Assembly (NCBI RefSeq): GCF_036321535.1
Contig: NC_087438.1
Span: forward strand, 92,194,001-92,258,000
Length of the DNA stretch: 64,000 nt
Source of the DNA: Camelus dromedarius
Taxonomy: Eukaryota
Direction of reading: 5' to 3'
Positions 39,681-63,379 of this stretch are shown here, piece after piece. The notes below the pieces were generated by a model. The model was not told the DNA's origin and made no database searches. It was given only the letters and a program-made list of their open reading frames with translations. The translations under genes and the position numbers were made by a program. Numbering within the stretch: position 1 is the first letter of the stretch; every line of letters starts with the position of its first letter.

Positions 39681-40347
39681 CAGCTTGCCATGCACACGTT
39701 TTCTCACTGGATATTCTTGAAGGCCCTTGAACTGGTCATAGCATCCTCCCTATCCTACAGATGAGGGAAGTGAGTCACGGAGAACTTAAAAGGACTGGCC
39801 CAAGGTCACTTATGTGACTCCATCGTCTCCATCTGAGGTCATCTTTACCCACTTCTTTTTTAGAGATGAACTGTTCTGTGTTAAATGTGCAACAGATGGT
39901 GATGCGAGTTGCACAATATTGTGAATTTGCTGAAACTCACAGAAGTGTACATTTCAAAATGGTTAAATGATGTTTATGTTGTGTGAACTTGATCTGTTAT
40001 CTCATTAAAGTATTTTAAAATGTGCAACAGGGGAGAGATAGGGAAGATTTGGTAACAAATTTTCCTCGGTGAACTCCTTTCTTTGGGCCACCTGTAAAAT
40101 GTGTGTGTAATGCAGCCTTTCCTGATCTGGTTTAAGAGTGCTTTCTTAAAAACTAGAGACAGGAGGGCAGAATATGCTGAGTCAGAAATGAGGACTGGGA
40201 CCCTTGTGCCTTATATGTGCTCACTGCTTACTCTCGTTTTTTATTTTTATAGCATTTGTAGCGTTTTATCTTCTCTACACGTGGGGAACCCAAGAGTTTG
40301 AGAGATCGAAAAGGAAGAATCCAGCTACTTATGAAAATGACAAATGA
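39433..40347 (+). CDS. UQCRQ: Cytochrome b-c1 complex subunit 8 (QCR8), 82 aa
   Basis: Exons 39433-39586 (154 nt) and 40253-40347 (95 nt) give [82 protein letters not shown]. Acceptor at 39418/39419; AATAAA at 40431-40436. Absent from the ORF track because it is split. Confidence 0.97.
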
Positions 40348-43300
40348 GCAGCTCATCTGGATAATGGTTCCTTGTCTCTGAAAGACCCTTCTCTGGGAGA
40401 GGAGTCTACATTGTAGTGTCCTGAAGACACAATAAACTTATTATGGGCTACACTGTTGTGATTTTGCATTTTTATGAGCAGAGTCCTTGGATGTGTCTGC
40501 TAATTTTCAAGTTCATAAACTCCCCTCTCCAGCATGAGGCCTGAACAATTTTGGCCAGTCTCTGAGTTTGGTGAAGGATTGTGGCTCACCCCTTGTTCTG
40601 TAATCTACAAAACAGTAGCTGCAGCTACTCCTGTGGATGGCATGTATTGTAGGGAACGTTGGCTCCCGGCCTCCGCTGCCACAATGACAATAAAATCTAG
40701 TAACTGTATTGTCATTATGTAATTACTTTTCTTAGCCTTTTACACAAATAAAAGTGTTTTAAACCTCACAGCTACCTCTTGAAGTAAGTATCACTGTTAC
40801 ACTTAATTTGCAAATAAGGACACAGGCATAGAGAGGATAAGTAATTTGCCCAGAATTATACAGCCAGTGAATGGTAGAGTCTGGCAAGGAAGTTCGTGCT
40901 GTGAGAGCTATGCTGTACCACCTTTCCTCCTAAGGCAAGCCTGCCTTAGCCTGGGAGGAAGTCAGCTGTCAGAGGAAGGGGTGAGGTGACTCCTTTGCCT
41001 CTAGAACTAGGGTCAGCAAACTGGCTGTGTTTGTACCAGGTTGCTAATGGTGGATTTCAACCATGTGTGGTCCATAAAGCTTAAAATATTTACTCTCTGG
41101 CCCTTTATGGAAAAAGTTTACCCCTGTTTTAGAGCCTTTGAACAATCTTTGTGGTGGAAAAAGGTACCCTGTTCCATACACCAGGAGGTGGTGGGGACAA
41201 GTGCTGGCAGTTGTATGCTTCTGGTTCCCTGCTCTAGTTCTAGAAACTTCTCTTCTAAGGACACTTGGGTCCAGAGCAGCAACTTTTACAGTGAGCTTAG
41301 CTTCTGGCCCAGAGTATATCTTCATTTATTCTAATGATTGCTCCTGCCTTTTAGGAATCAAAATTAAAATACCTCAAAACAAAAATCGGCCAAGATAGAT
41401 TGCATTGTGACACAGGGTAAGGAGGTGAGGCTGAGGTGGACAGACTTGGGCCCATATCCTTTGTTGCTTCCTCACTGTGTGATGCAGGCAAGAAATCCAC
41501 ATTCCTTAGCTTTGAGCTTCTCACCCATAAAATAGATGTGTTAATAATACAGAGCCTTAGGGCTGAGGTAACAGTGAAATGACTGATATGGAAGAGTCCG
41601 GCAGGATGGTGCAAGCTTAACAAAGGACAGTGGTGTGATGAAAACTCTTGCCTCACCAAACAGTCTAATTTTCCAGTTTGGCTCTTTGTCCAAGTTTATT
41701 CCCAGGGCTTGCTGCTTGAACTGCGGTGTTTTGGGGTCATAGACGCCTTTGAGAATCTAATGAAAGCTGTGGACCTGAAGAAGCTGTGAATGTACCCTTC
41801 CTAAACTTTGTATTGTTTGAACAGGCTCACGGCCAGGGGAAGATCGATGATTGCCTTAACAGGACATTAATCTGAATTTTTCCCCTCTGATTTTGGCCCC
41901 AAGCTTCCTAGGGGCGATGGCCACCATCTCCCATCTTGGCTTCATTTTACCCTTGGACTTTTATTCCTGGTTCTATGAGTCCTTTTGAGATACCAGCTCA
42001 AAATCCAACTTACTCTTCCTCAGTCCAGACCAGGCACTGAGCCTGTTGGTCTGAATCCTTTTATTCCAGGTGTGCTTTACTGAGGAGGGGCTCTCTGAGC
42101 CCTTTCATGTGCTGAGCTTCTGCTTTGGGATAAAATTGTTTAAGGGTGCTTTAAGCCTGTCTCCTTCCAAAGGGCTTTCCTCTTTAAACTTGGGGACACA
42201 GAGCTCTGTGCAGCAGGGTGCTGGTGGGTGTGGAATATGAGTTGTCATAGCTCAGTGCTCTCGTATGTGATGTGGGATTTGGGGTCATTTTATGGACTAT
42301 TCTATCTGTAGAAATCCATAAAAAGGAAAGTGGGTGAAGTCTCTTAAGGAAGAGAGACCACTGCTGTGGCCTCTGCCTGTAACCCACCCACCTGGAGCCT
42401 CCAGCCGGAGTATGCTCCTTCACCTGCTGCTGGGGCACAATCCGGTGTTCCTTTAGCCCCTTTCCCCAGCAGTGCTCCTGCTCCCCCAGGGCTTTCCTCT
42501 CTGGGCTGCAGAATGCAGCAAAGGGGACTCCAGTCAGCCCACAGTCCCAGAGATGCAGGCCCAGAAGTCCATGACAGTTCTAGCCAGCAAAAGAGCAAAT
42601 ACACTTTGACCCTTTGTTGAAGTTTTACCTGGAAGTTTTTCCATTTCAGAGTCTTTCATTTTTCATTAGGTACCTTCTGCTCAGGGATAGCAAAAAAGTT
42701 TCCCGTTACTGTTGTGCCCTAGTGATCTTCTATTCACCTGGAATGTGTTTCAAACAGCTGCTCATGTAGCTAAGCCCTCTGTCTCCCATTTCATTCTAGG
42801 CACTTAATCTCAGAAACAGAAAATCCCTAGGAGCTGTATTAAGAGTTACCAAGGTATAAGCTGTCAAATGTGTTCAGTCATTTACTTCTTGTAAATTAAT
42901 CACTTGAACCCCAACATGTTGAGTTCTGAGAGGCCTTAGAGATCCTCCTGTCTCACGACAGAACAAGAAACTAAAGCCCAAAGAGGGGAAAGGCTGGCCT
43001 GGTCAGTTACCCTACCTAGGCCCCTGGCTCCTGCCTTCCAGCTAAGCACTCTTTCTCCTTATGGCTCAAACTATTAAAGGCTGCCGAGACCTTTCTGCTG
43101 GAGGGTGGAACATGTAGTTTTGCATCGATTTACTCAGCAAAGTACTTGAATGCAGAGAGTGCCTGGATTTAAAAAAAATTTTTTTTTTAATTTCAGGAAT
43201 AGGGCTTCACGATTCTGCTCAAGGATGTGGGATGGCTGTGGACAATTGCTATCACTTCAACTTAAAGCTGTCTGGATGCCACTTTGCTTTTAAAGGTTTG

Positions 43301-45099
43301 ATTTTTGCTCCATACTTAAATAAAACAACTACAGAGTTAGTGTGGACATATGTTGAAATTCTTTCCCTCACGGTGATTCCTTCCACAGGCAGTAACTAAT
43401 GGATCTTTTCTTCTGGGAGGAGGGATAGCACACAAGGCAGAGAGAGGCTCGAGCCACAAAGGCTTCTGCAGTGTTGTCACACCCATGCTGAATGGTCCTT
43501 TTTTCCCCTCACAGAGGGGACTCAGAGCAGACCCTTCCCTCAGCTGTGGTATTGGCTTATGTTCACACAAAAGGCTACTTTGATTTTGGTTGAAGTACAG
43601 GAAGGCAGAAATGGAGGCTCATGAGAAGGTATCTCTTTGGAATGAGCAGGTTCCAAATCCCATTTGGCACATCAACTCCAGGCTTGTTGAGGGGAGGCTG
43701 GCACCGAGTCCACAGATCCTGCTGGCTCTAGGACAACAGGTTGTTCAGTCTTTTGCTTACCTAATCAGATTTGTGTTCTTACCCAATGTTCACTAGGTCA
43801 CCACACAGCCTCTTCCCCACCCCACAACAGTACTTAATTAAGCCCCTACTTGGGGTCATTCTGTGTCTAAGCCAGGAGTAAAGAAATGGAAGAGCAGCTA
43901 CCTAGTCTCAGACTTGCAGGATTGGTTAAGTGGGTTTGACATAGTTCTGTTTCTCAGTGATCCTTATGTGCAAGCAGTGGTGTCTCCCTCCAGGCCAGGT
44001 TCCATGTTCCTGAGAGGACTGGAATCAGGCAGACAGATCTGTGGCATCACATCCCACCCAATCTCAGCTTCGATGTCCACCATACCACCCTCTTCTCCCT
44101 TGGCAAGAGGACTGGTGACCATCCCATTCCACCTCCAGCTGTGCTGCACCTCCTCCACTTCCCCTTGGGGAACAGGCAGTCTCTTACCACACAACCAAAC
44201 TCTGAAGATGAGAAGGGCTTTGCAAAGAGGTATCAGCCAAGTGTTCGGGGAGACACCAGGCACAAAAAGAATCTTGTTGCATTTGTTTTCTTGGCTTTTC
44301 CTTCCAGGTCACTGGCAGATCTAAAGTCCTACAAATCTCCTTACTCAGTATTCACACCTTTCCCCATAAATTTATTTAAATGTCTGTCATTTAACGAGTA
44401 CCATAACTACTCATGGTTTAGGTACATTCCCTTTCTTGGTCTACAATCCTGCAGCAGTTCCCACTTGAGCTGGTGGATGTTTTTGAGCTTTGGAGAGATC
44501 TCAGCCCTATGCCTGCTTCCCTCAGCCTGCTGGAAGGATGTCCTCTGTAAAAAGCCCAGTCAGCTGCTGGCAGAAAAGCTCACAATTCCAGGTTTGCAAC
44601 ATTTGTCACCACCACCACCAATCTCTCCCACTGCTTTAGGAGCCCCTACTGTCTCCTCATTCACATTTTATTTTAAAAAGGAAACAAAGCCAACCAATAG
44701 TCATTCATTCACTTCACCCATGACTGAAAGATCAGTCAGTCCTGATTTCTTTTCCCCGGGAGGTGGCAGGTAGGACAGACTTTGAACATTTCTGCAGCAG
44801 GGTTTCGACTCTTCTAGGGAGATGATGTGGAACAGATAACTAGGATGACAGTCCATCCATATAAACGGGGGTCTAGGGCACTGCAGACCACTGCTTGCTG
44901 AAGCATCCTCCCGCAGAAGGGAGATAAGGGCCTCACCCCACTGCCTATAACAAAATGTATCTGCACTTCTTTTCTAGACAAAGATGAAAGGGGTCAACAT
45001 TATTTCTGAAGACCTCAATATTTGAATTCTATTTTGATTATAGAATGATTTCACTGAACTATTTTGGAATCAAAATGTGGCTAGGTGCCTGGTCTCCCT

Positions 45100-45347
45100 C
45101 AATGACTTCACGTGGCTTTTCAAAGGGGAGGAGGCAGTGCTGACTTGGTAAAATGAGTGAAAAGATCCAAGCCAGCAACACAGTCAAAGTCCAGATGAGG
45201 GATCGGTAAATACAACGTACCTGAAAGACAGGCCTTGAGCAGATTCCACTGGTAGACATTAACTCATTAAATTGACCATGACTGTAAATATAAACTTTGC
45301 CCCCATCTCACCTGGCAACCATAAAAGAGGCGGATTTGTCTATAAAA
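45100..45347 (+). promoter_or_regulatory. LEAP2 proximal promoter with liver/gut-type motifs
   Basis: TATAAAA at 45341-45347, HNF4-type CAAAGTCCA at 45185-45193, FOXA-like GTAAATA and HNF4-like aactttgccc at about 45284-45303, CACGTG at 45109-45114. Confidence 0.6.
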
Positions 45348-45394
45348 GGATGCAGAAACTGTCCCCAGCTTTCAGGCTCCAATATCCCGTCAAG

Positions 45395-46148
45395 ATGTGG
45401 CACCTCAAACTCTTCGCAGTACTTATGATCTGCCTGTTGCTGTTAGGCCAGGTAAGGAAAGGATACATATGTTGGGGTTGTGGGGATGGTGGTGGTGGTG
45501 GAGTTGTGGGCAGAACTTCAGAGAGCCAGATTCAGTCCTGAGGAATGGTCCTTCTGCTCTGGGTCTATAGCATGGGGGGAGGTGGGGTTCTTCCAAGTGC
45601 ACAGCAGGGGGTCAGCTCTTGTATATCTGAGGTGAGTGTTTTGCCCCACAGGTAGGTGGCTCCCCAATACCGGAACTGAGTTCAGCAAAGAGAAGGCCAA
45701 GGAGAATGACCCCATTTTGGAGAGGGGTTTACCTCAGGCCCATTGGAGCTTCTTGCCAGGACGACTCTGAGTGCATCACAAAGCTATGCAGGTACTGCAC
45801 AAACCTGGGAGCAGGGCTGGGCCCAACAGGCCTGGGAGGCTGGGCAAAGGGGCCATCAGCACACACACAGACCTAAGAATAAAACTGGGCTAGAGGACTG
45901 CCTGGGCTAAAGCTGGGAGCTCCATGGAGGAGAATCCCTCAAGAGTTAACAGCCAAGAACAGCTCCACACAAGTACCATGAAAAAGCAGCGCCTTTCCTT
46001 TCTTCACTCTAACCTGAGCCCGGATATCAAGCAGAGGAAGGAAATGCAGCAGAGGGTGCTCTGGGCACTGCTAGATCTGTGTCTTAAAAATCACCTTTTC
46101 TTTTCCCTCAGAAAAAGACGCTGTTCCCTGAGTGTGGCCCAGGAATGA
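45395..46148 (+). CDS. LEAP2: Liver-expressed antimicrobial peptide 2 precursor, 77 aa (GHSR antagonist)
   Basis: Exons 45395-45451, 45652-45791 and 46112-46148 (57+140+37 = 234 nt) give [77 protein letters not shown]. Four Cys and a furin site. Confidence 0.97.
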
Positions 46149-46999
46149 TGCACAAACCAGGGGAAAAGAGGACAGCACTCGCCTACAACAACGCTCCGTT
46201 CTATGGAATACTGACATACTGCATTTGGCTGGAGACGCTTAAGTGAAGCAATCTTGTGTTTTTAATATTTAAAGACAGATATATGCTTTAAATTGGTCTC
46301 CGTTCCTTCTTAGAATATTGGTATGTAGGTAAGCATAACTTAACTTGTGAACTTAAGAGTTTATTTTTCTATGTATACTATTAAATGTCTGAAATGGAAA
46401 TTTTGGCAGCCTGGAATTCACACTTTTGAAGGGAAGGATTCATTTTGTATACTATGGAAAAAACAGTACTGCCTAACAATAACAATGTGTTAACTTCTCA
46501 ATCAGGAAAGTGCAGTGGGAATTAATTTTTTTAAAGAAACACACCACTAGGCTAAAGGCAAAAGTTTAGTACACCTAGTGACTAACCTCAGCAAGTTCAC
46601 CAGCTATGGCCCTGGCTCCTAGCCCTTCACTCCATGTTAAGAACTTGAGTGAGGTGTCAGAGATAGGCAACGCTGGCACTCAGGACCTGATGATGTGCCC
46701 AAGTTCGCCCAGGAACAGAGGCAGAACTGGAAGAAAAACCTAGTTTAATGAAACAATAAAAGCCCAAGGCACCAAGAATAACAAAAAGGATGTGTTTGAG
46801 ATTTCTGTTGAAGCAGGGTGAATTTTCATCTATGCAGAAGGATCCATGGCCAGCCAGGTCAGAGTTTCTGTAATCAGAAAATAAGACCTGGACTGATGGG
46901 ACCAGACTTTTAAAGAAGAGTAGCTTTGGACCCTAAAATACAAAACAGAAATTACACAAAAGGGGCGAAGTAAGAGTTGAAGAAGTGTAGAGAGCACAG

Positions 47000-49900
47000 T
47001 GTTTATAAACTTTAATACAGAAAATCTATTTGATATTTATTAAACTTAGTTTCTCCAGCTATGGTTTNNNNNNNNNNNNNNNNNNNNNNNNNNNNNNNNN
47101 NNNNNNNNNNNNNNNNNNNNNNNNNNNNNNNNNNNNNNNNNNNNNNNNNNNNNNNNNNNNNNNNNNNNNNNNNNNNNNNNNNNNNNNNNNNNNNNNNNNN
47201 NNNNNNNNNNNNNNNATAATCTCAATACCACAAAATACATATAATATACTATACAGATGTGGAAAAATCTAGTTAGTATATAATACTTCGCTCACCATTA
47301 ACAGCTTTTAGTATGTGAAATGCACGTACTGACTTAGAAATCCTAGCTTTTGAGCCCCAAAAGTACCTCTGAAATTTTAAAGTATTCCAACAAATAAAAA
47401 TCACAGTATATAATTGAAATTTTGGTTGAAAATGTCAGATGCCGAAATATTCTGGATAAAAGAAATGTCAAACAAAGATGTGGATCATGTACAAAACAAA
47501 GGCGTCCTATCAGACGCTAGCAGTACCTTTCTGTAGAATCAACAAGGCTTTGAATTTATCAGCGGCATTACCTCCCCTCCAAAATCCCCCCCCAAATATC
47601 AAACCGTTATTCACCAAATAATTTTAATTTCAAATAAGATAAAAGGATTTTCAATAAATATATAAGCATCTCTATCCTCCATATACAAAATTTCTTAAAA
47701 TCATTCAGAACGGAGGCTAGATAGAAATTTTCTTAACTGTGCTTACCAACCCCACATCTGGTCCTCAGAGGTGCCTTTTCAGGCACTACCCACTGGGCCA
47801 GCTCTTGTTGGTGAGCCTTGCCCTTCCCCACCCTGCCCCATGCCACGCGGACCCCAGTACTGTTGAATGCTCATCTCAGTGTTTTGCCAGGTGTGTGCAT
47901 AAAGTTGTAAAATGGGGACACTTCTTGAATAACAACAACAAACCCAACTGTATGGATAATCATGGCATTGATCTGAAAGGCAGCATTTCCAAATAGGTAT
48001 TTTCCAGAGAGGAACATAGCAGGTGGAAAGTTCCAATAGTTAAAAGCTAAAAAGAAACCCCATGTGGAAGCAGTAAGAAGTCAAAACTGAATATTATTAG
48101 AATTTCTGGGTGGGAGCTTTTTTCCATGCGCATTTAGAGAGCTTTTTTGTCTGTCTCTTTTTAAGAATGGCAATTTATGCTTAGCTGAGCAATGGCGGCA
48201 AGGAGAGATCAAAGCTGACATTCCTGAAAGTCAACTTCATTTTATGATGATTACTTAGGCTGCTATTTTAGGTTGCTTAAAGATCTTGGAGACTTGGTTT
48301 AGACTCTAATGCCTTATTCTGTGATCATAAAGAAGATGTTTAGATATTCTTTCCATTCGTTTTTCTGGTGACAGTAAATTCTTTTTAATTAACTATAGGG
48401 TTCACGTGAATAGAATCAGCATCTATTTTACCAACTATTAATAACTCACTTCCTGTCATTTGCCAGCTTGGTTCTGGGATCTAAGGGTCTAAACTGAAAT
48501 TTCTCCCATTAGTGAATATGTGAAAGATATGCTCAGAAATATGACCAATTTGGCCTCTTGTCACTACATATTCCAAGTCATTCAATACTTTTCTATTTAT
48601 TTTAATGAATAGCAACCTTAGATTTGCAATATTATTATTGGAAAAAAGTCTGCCTCTCCAACACATAGATACATGAAATTGAAATATGTGTTCCACATAA
48701 TTAGGGAATATGAGTTATAAGAATCTATATGGATTTGAAATGTTTTGCTTCAATTTATTTAGGATTAAAAAAAAATCATCACAATCTGCCTAGAACATCA
48801 TTCCCAGTAGGTGTTCCTGGGACTCAGAGGCAATCTTCTATAATGCAAAATATATAATGAGGCCATTTTGTTCAATTAGCAACTGGAAAATTAAAATCCT
48901 TCCCACCCTGTAAGAGCCCTATTATAATACAGAAGGNNNNNNNNNNNNNNNNNNNNNNNNNNNNNNNNNNNNNNNNNNNNNNNNNNNNNNNNNNNNNNNN
49001 NNNNNNNNNNNNNNNNNNNNNNNNNNNNNNNNNNNNNNNNNNNNNNNNNNNNNNNNNNNNNNNNNNNNNNNNNNNNNNNNNNNNNNNNNNNNNNNNNNNN
49101 NNNNNNNNNNNNNNNNNNNNNNNNNNNNNNNNNNNNNNNNNNNNNNNNNNNNNNNNNNNNNNNNNNNNNNNNNNNNNNNNNNNNNNNNNNNNNNNNNNNN
49201 NCCAAAGTTGCATACCCTCACACTTAGAAGAACGCACAGCATACGACTCTCCTCTACACAACTAGGTATCACCGACTGGAGCTTTGTGGGCTGCCCTGAA
49301 ACTCCACAGAGTGCTGCTGGCCTCCAGAGCCAGAACTTTCATTTAGAACAGGTGCATTTTGTAGGCTCTTGCTTCACAATGCAAGTTCATTCGATAAAGG
49401 TAATTTCTCAAAGTTTCTATCTTTAAATACAAAATGATACTGTCTGAACTAGCTGATTAAACCTTTCTTTAATGAAAAGAAACAAACAACAATTAAAAAA
49501 CAACAACAACAGTGAATCTAATAAAGCCACAAGTGTGTCATTCAAAGTGCAGCCCTGGTGCCTGTGGATCCATCAGTGTGAGAGCTCCCCCAGAGCACAG
49601 GCATGTGTGGGCACGTGCACACCTTACTCTAGATAGCTTTTACACTGGAGAATTAAATCAGTGATGGTTAATTAACCTTCTCTATTCTTCAGCAACTACG
49701 GCTGTAAATTTATCTGAAGTACTCACTGCTTATAAAGTCAGTTCTTGGCTACTTGCCCAGAAAAAGCTAGCACTGAAGCAAGAAATGGGGTGAATGCTTC
49801 CCAGCCAGACTGGATCTGGGATGGGCTGTGGAATTCTGAATCACCCAGAGGGAAGTGTTCCTCACAGCTGGGCAAGACTATACCATGTGACAACTTCATC

Positions 49901-52681
49901 CGCCAAAATCTGTTTGTTGGTTGCCTGTAAAGAGTCCAGTGGTGTAGGCTGCTGCCTCCTGGCATAAAGTGTGGTCTTAGAGCAGTCAACAGAGCAGTGT
50001 TTAAAACAGTTGCTATTTTTATAATTAACTATATATTAAGTACAAGTCTCAGACTAAGTACATTTTTAGCCATTTGTGAAATTCAGTTTTTAATGGTTAG
50101 AGAACACTGAAGACACCTACTGAGGAAGGAGGAATGGTCACCCGTAAAGGAGTCCAAAGTATGTGCCGAAGTAGATGAAGACACACAGACAGAACTTTGA
50201 GGAGATGGACACAGAGGAGAGGGAGTGGTGTTTCCACAGACTGTTACACCGAAAATTCAATTATTTAGAACAGGATTTTGATCCACTGCCCACTACTACC
50301 TGGTGGGAAGAACCCTCCACAATAAAAAGCTTGAAAAATTCATTTTCCAAGAATTAACACAGTTTGAGAGAGAGAGTGTTTTAGAGCAGCACCATAAAAC
50401 ATTGCAGGAAATTCTGCTTTAACAAATTATCAGTGTGATCCGGGAAATGCTCCTGTTGCCTTTCGGGTCAGACAAGAGACTAGAACACACTAGAACTTAG
50501 AAGTGCTTCACTGGCTGCTCTTGCTTAAAGTCTAAAAGCTCAGAGGATATTTTTTCCATTTCTAAGATATCACTGAAAATTACAGAATCAGAGTCAGACA
50601 AATCAGAGAAGGACAAGACATACATTTACTTGATTAACTGTGGCAAGTTTCTTACTGAGTACCTACCATGATCACTGAGAAGCTGTCCTCTTAAGGAAAA
50701 CTGTTCCAAAAACACACAAGGATTAAGTAACAAATATAACACAGGCAATTTCTCCAAGAGAAAAATCAACATAATTTGGAGATTTCAATCCTCAGTGATA
50801 ATACATAAAAACAACGAGGTACAAAGCCATTAAGAAGCTCTGTATGAGGCCACAGGACAAGGAAAGTTCACGAGCTTCAGGATGTGTAAAAGAGACTCAG
50901 ACACAGAGGATTCACTACACCACTGGGCTTGGAGATTTTCTATCCCTTCTTTCCCATTTCAAGCCTTAGCAATCTTCTATAAATAGCAGGGCAATCCTTT
51001 TCTCCGATTGGATGGATTCAGTTTTGCAACTGGGAGAAGGACAAACTGTTATTTGAAGCAGCATTACCCAATAGGTTAAACTAAGTCATGTACCAAAGCG
51101 TTAGCTTTTCTGAAAGAATTTTTATATGACCCTAAGGACGACCGAAAAGGGAAGAGAATTTAACATTATTACCGCAGAAGACCAACCATATGCACGATCT
51201 GGTCCTGGTGTAAAACTTCATCTGTAAACAATCCAGAATCTTCACTTAAAGGTTAAGATTTAAGGCACACCAGACATGAAAGGGGCACTACAAACAACAG
51301 ACAGAAGGTACATTTCTCACCTTTGACTCCTATATGCACCTTACAGGGAAAGGTGCTTTGATATACAACTCTTACAGAGCTGGCTTCTTAAGCTCTACCC
51401 CTGCTCTCCCCACTTCCCAAGAGAGCTCACACTGAACTAAATTAGCTACTTTTCTAGTGTGAAATTTCTGATCCCATCAGAAATATAGATCATTGATAAG
51501 AGTCTTCATAATACAAAGGGAGTAAACATAAGATAAGTTTAAGAGGAGAAATTCATCATCTCTACATCAGGCAACAGAACTCTAAATTGTACAGCAAAAG
51601 CACACACACCACAGTTCCAGACCATTCCTACATCAGCCATGCATGCTCCTATCAGAGCATCACAATCTAGTGTGAGAAAAAAATTTAAATTAGAATGCTG
51701 AAGAGAGATTTTACCCTACAAACATCACCAATGAAAGAGAGATAGGCAGCAACCTCAGGAGTTGGATCATCCTTTGTTCAACAGTAACTTACTCTGTCTT
51801 AAGTGTCAAATTATTAGTAACAAAAAAGAACACATGGTTTTAATAAAATCCATAAGGTTCGAGATTGTCCTCTTATGAAGCCCTTCATACGATAAGCTTC
51901 TCTGAGAAAGTTTGCCTGCCTTCTCCTGTAATGCATTAAATGCAGGTTACAGTCACCTTGTGATTGCTATAGTGTTATTAACACATGTTCACAGTTCTTG
52001 AAATAATGCATACCAAATTAGACACATTTCATTTTACATCCACGTAGAATGCTATCTTCTCATATTTAAGTGATTTTTCATGTGTAGAGTATCCTTAATA
52101 CTAAGTATAAATTCTGCAGTAATAAAATTGTAGTTAAGATTTGAAGTAATATCAGGTAGTAGGTAAAAAAGAACATTTCCATATTTTAGATGAACCAACT
52201 CTTACTCTTAGAAGAGCTACCACAAAAAGACATTATTATTAGGTAACAAAGTTCCCAAAGTATATAAATAAAAATGCCTATACTAAATTTACACTAAATA
52301 TTCAACAGAGTAAATTTATAGGCAGAAATAACTAAGTTTTAAACTAGCTCCGACGCTGGAACTTAAAAAAATTAAAATAAATAGAATTTCAATTGATTAG
52401 TTATGAATTGCAATCGAAATTTCAATCTTATGACAGATCACTGAAACCATCTTATCAACGTGCCGCAGATTTAAAAGCATTTAGATCATTTTTCATATTG
52501 GGAATACTGAAGGGGTCAAATGACATGATGGCTTTGGGTTATAAAAAACAACACATGAACCAGGGAGGAGAAAACCATTCCTCATTCTTAGTGTCGACTA
52601 GGTGGTGTGTTATGGCAGTTTTCCTTCGTGACGTGACACAGTGTTGTGGAGAAAATCAGAGGCAACAAGAATGTGTTCAGT
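47000..52681 (-). other. AFF4 3' UTR (about 5.7 kb), convergent with LEAP2
   Basis: Unique AT-rich sequence after the stop codon. Minus-strand AATAAA at 47036-47041 and ATTAAA at 47011-47016. The end position is inferred. Confidence 0.7.
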
Positions 52682-62302
<9,621 letters not shown>

Positions 62303-63379
62303 CTAACCAAAAAAACACATAGCTATGTTGAGAACTGTGAGATTAAAATTAAACTAAAACTATTTCTTGAGCCACTGGTTAAAAAGGAAACAAAATTTCA
62401 CTGCCTTTGGTAATTAACTTCCTTGTTATAAAATTTTAAAATTTCAGAAGGTAAACGTCTTTTTCGCGGAATAAACCCGTTTTATATAACCAAAAATGTT
62501 CTTTATAATATTTGGGGTCTACTATGTGCCAGGATGGACCTAGCACTTGTTAAAACATAACAAAGACACAAACTAAATATCAATATAACAATACTACTTA
62601 AGACAAAGTTTACTGGTAATTAGTGCTCAATGAAAACAGCAATAATAATATCAAACAGTTACTATGTGCTTACTGCTTACCAGGCATGAAGTTAAGTAGG
62701 TACTTAGTATAATCATTAATTCTTCAATAACCCTATGAAATATGTAATGCTATTAGGACAGAATAAAAAGCAGTCTCAAGAAGGTTGAGTAACTTGCCCA
62801 AGTTCAAACAGCTTTTAAGTAATACTCCTGGAGTTTGGGCTTTAAATTCACATCTGACAGCTTTCAAAAGCCACTTTCTTAAACTTTATTCTGCCTCCTA
62901 TCAACATAGATTATACAAGGGCTATGAACCTGTCTTCTCAACTGCTTCCCCATCCAGCTCTATGTATAATAAAATGAATACACATTTTTCTCATAATAAA
63001 ACACTGTGAATAAGTAGAATTTATCTTACGAATGCACGAATCTCAGCATTAGAAAACCCAGTAACATATAATTTTAATATTTCTGCTTAAAATCTATTTA
63101 AAAGAAATCATGCAGCATTTGTTTCTTTTCCTGTATAAGAGCTCTGCAGTTTCACCCATTACAACTTCCTTCAAGAATGAAAAGTCCTGAGATTTGAGAA
63201 AATACTAAGCTCTTTATGGTAAAGGTTACATGTTTATGAAATGGATTCCTGAATATTGCTGCAATGTAACATTACTTGGACAGCTTTCCCTCTATGTTTT
63301 ATAAACAGATCTACAAGTTCCTAAGTTTAGATTTACTGAAGGAAAACTGAAGCTTCTGAAAATAAAGAAAAATTACTAT

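Noticed and set aside
43863-44773. 153-aa and 210-aa ORFs upstream of LEAP2
   Set aside because: Near-cognate starts, no domain or compositional signal and no supporting splice structure.
45474-45510. G-rich tract in LEAP2 intron 1 as a G-quadruplex
   Set aside because: Only three runs of 3 or more G. The rest is a short (GGT)n repeat.
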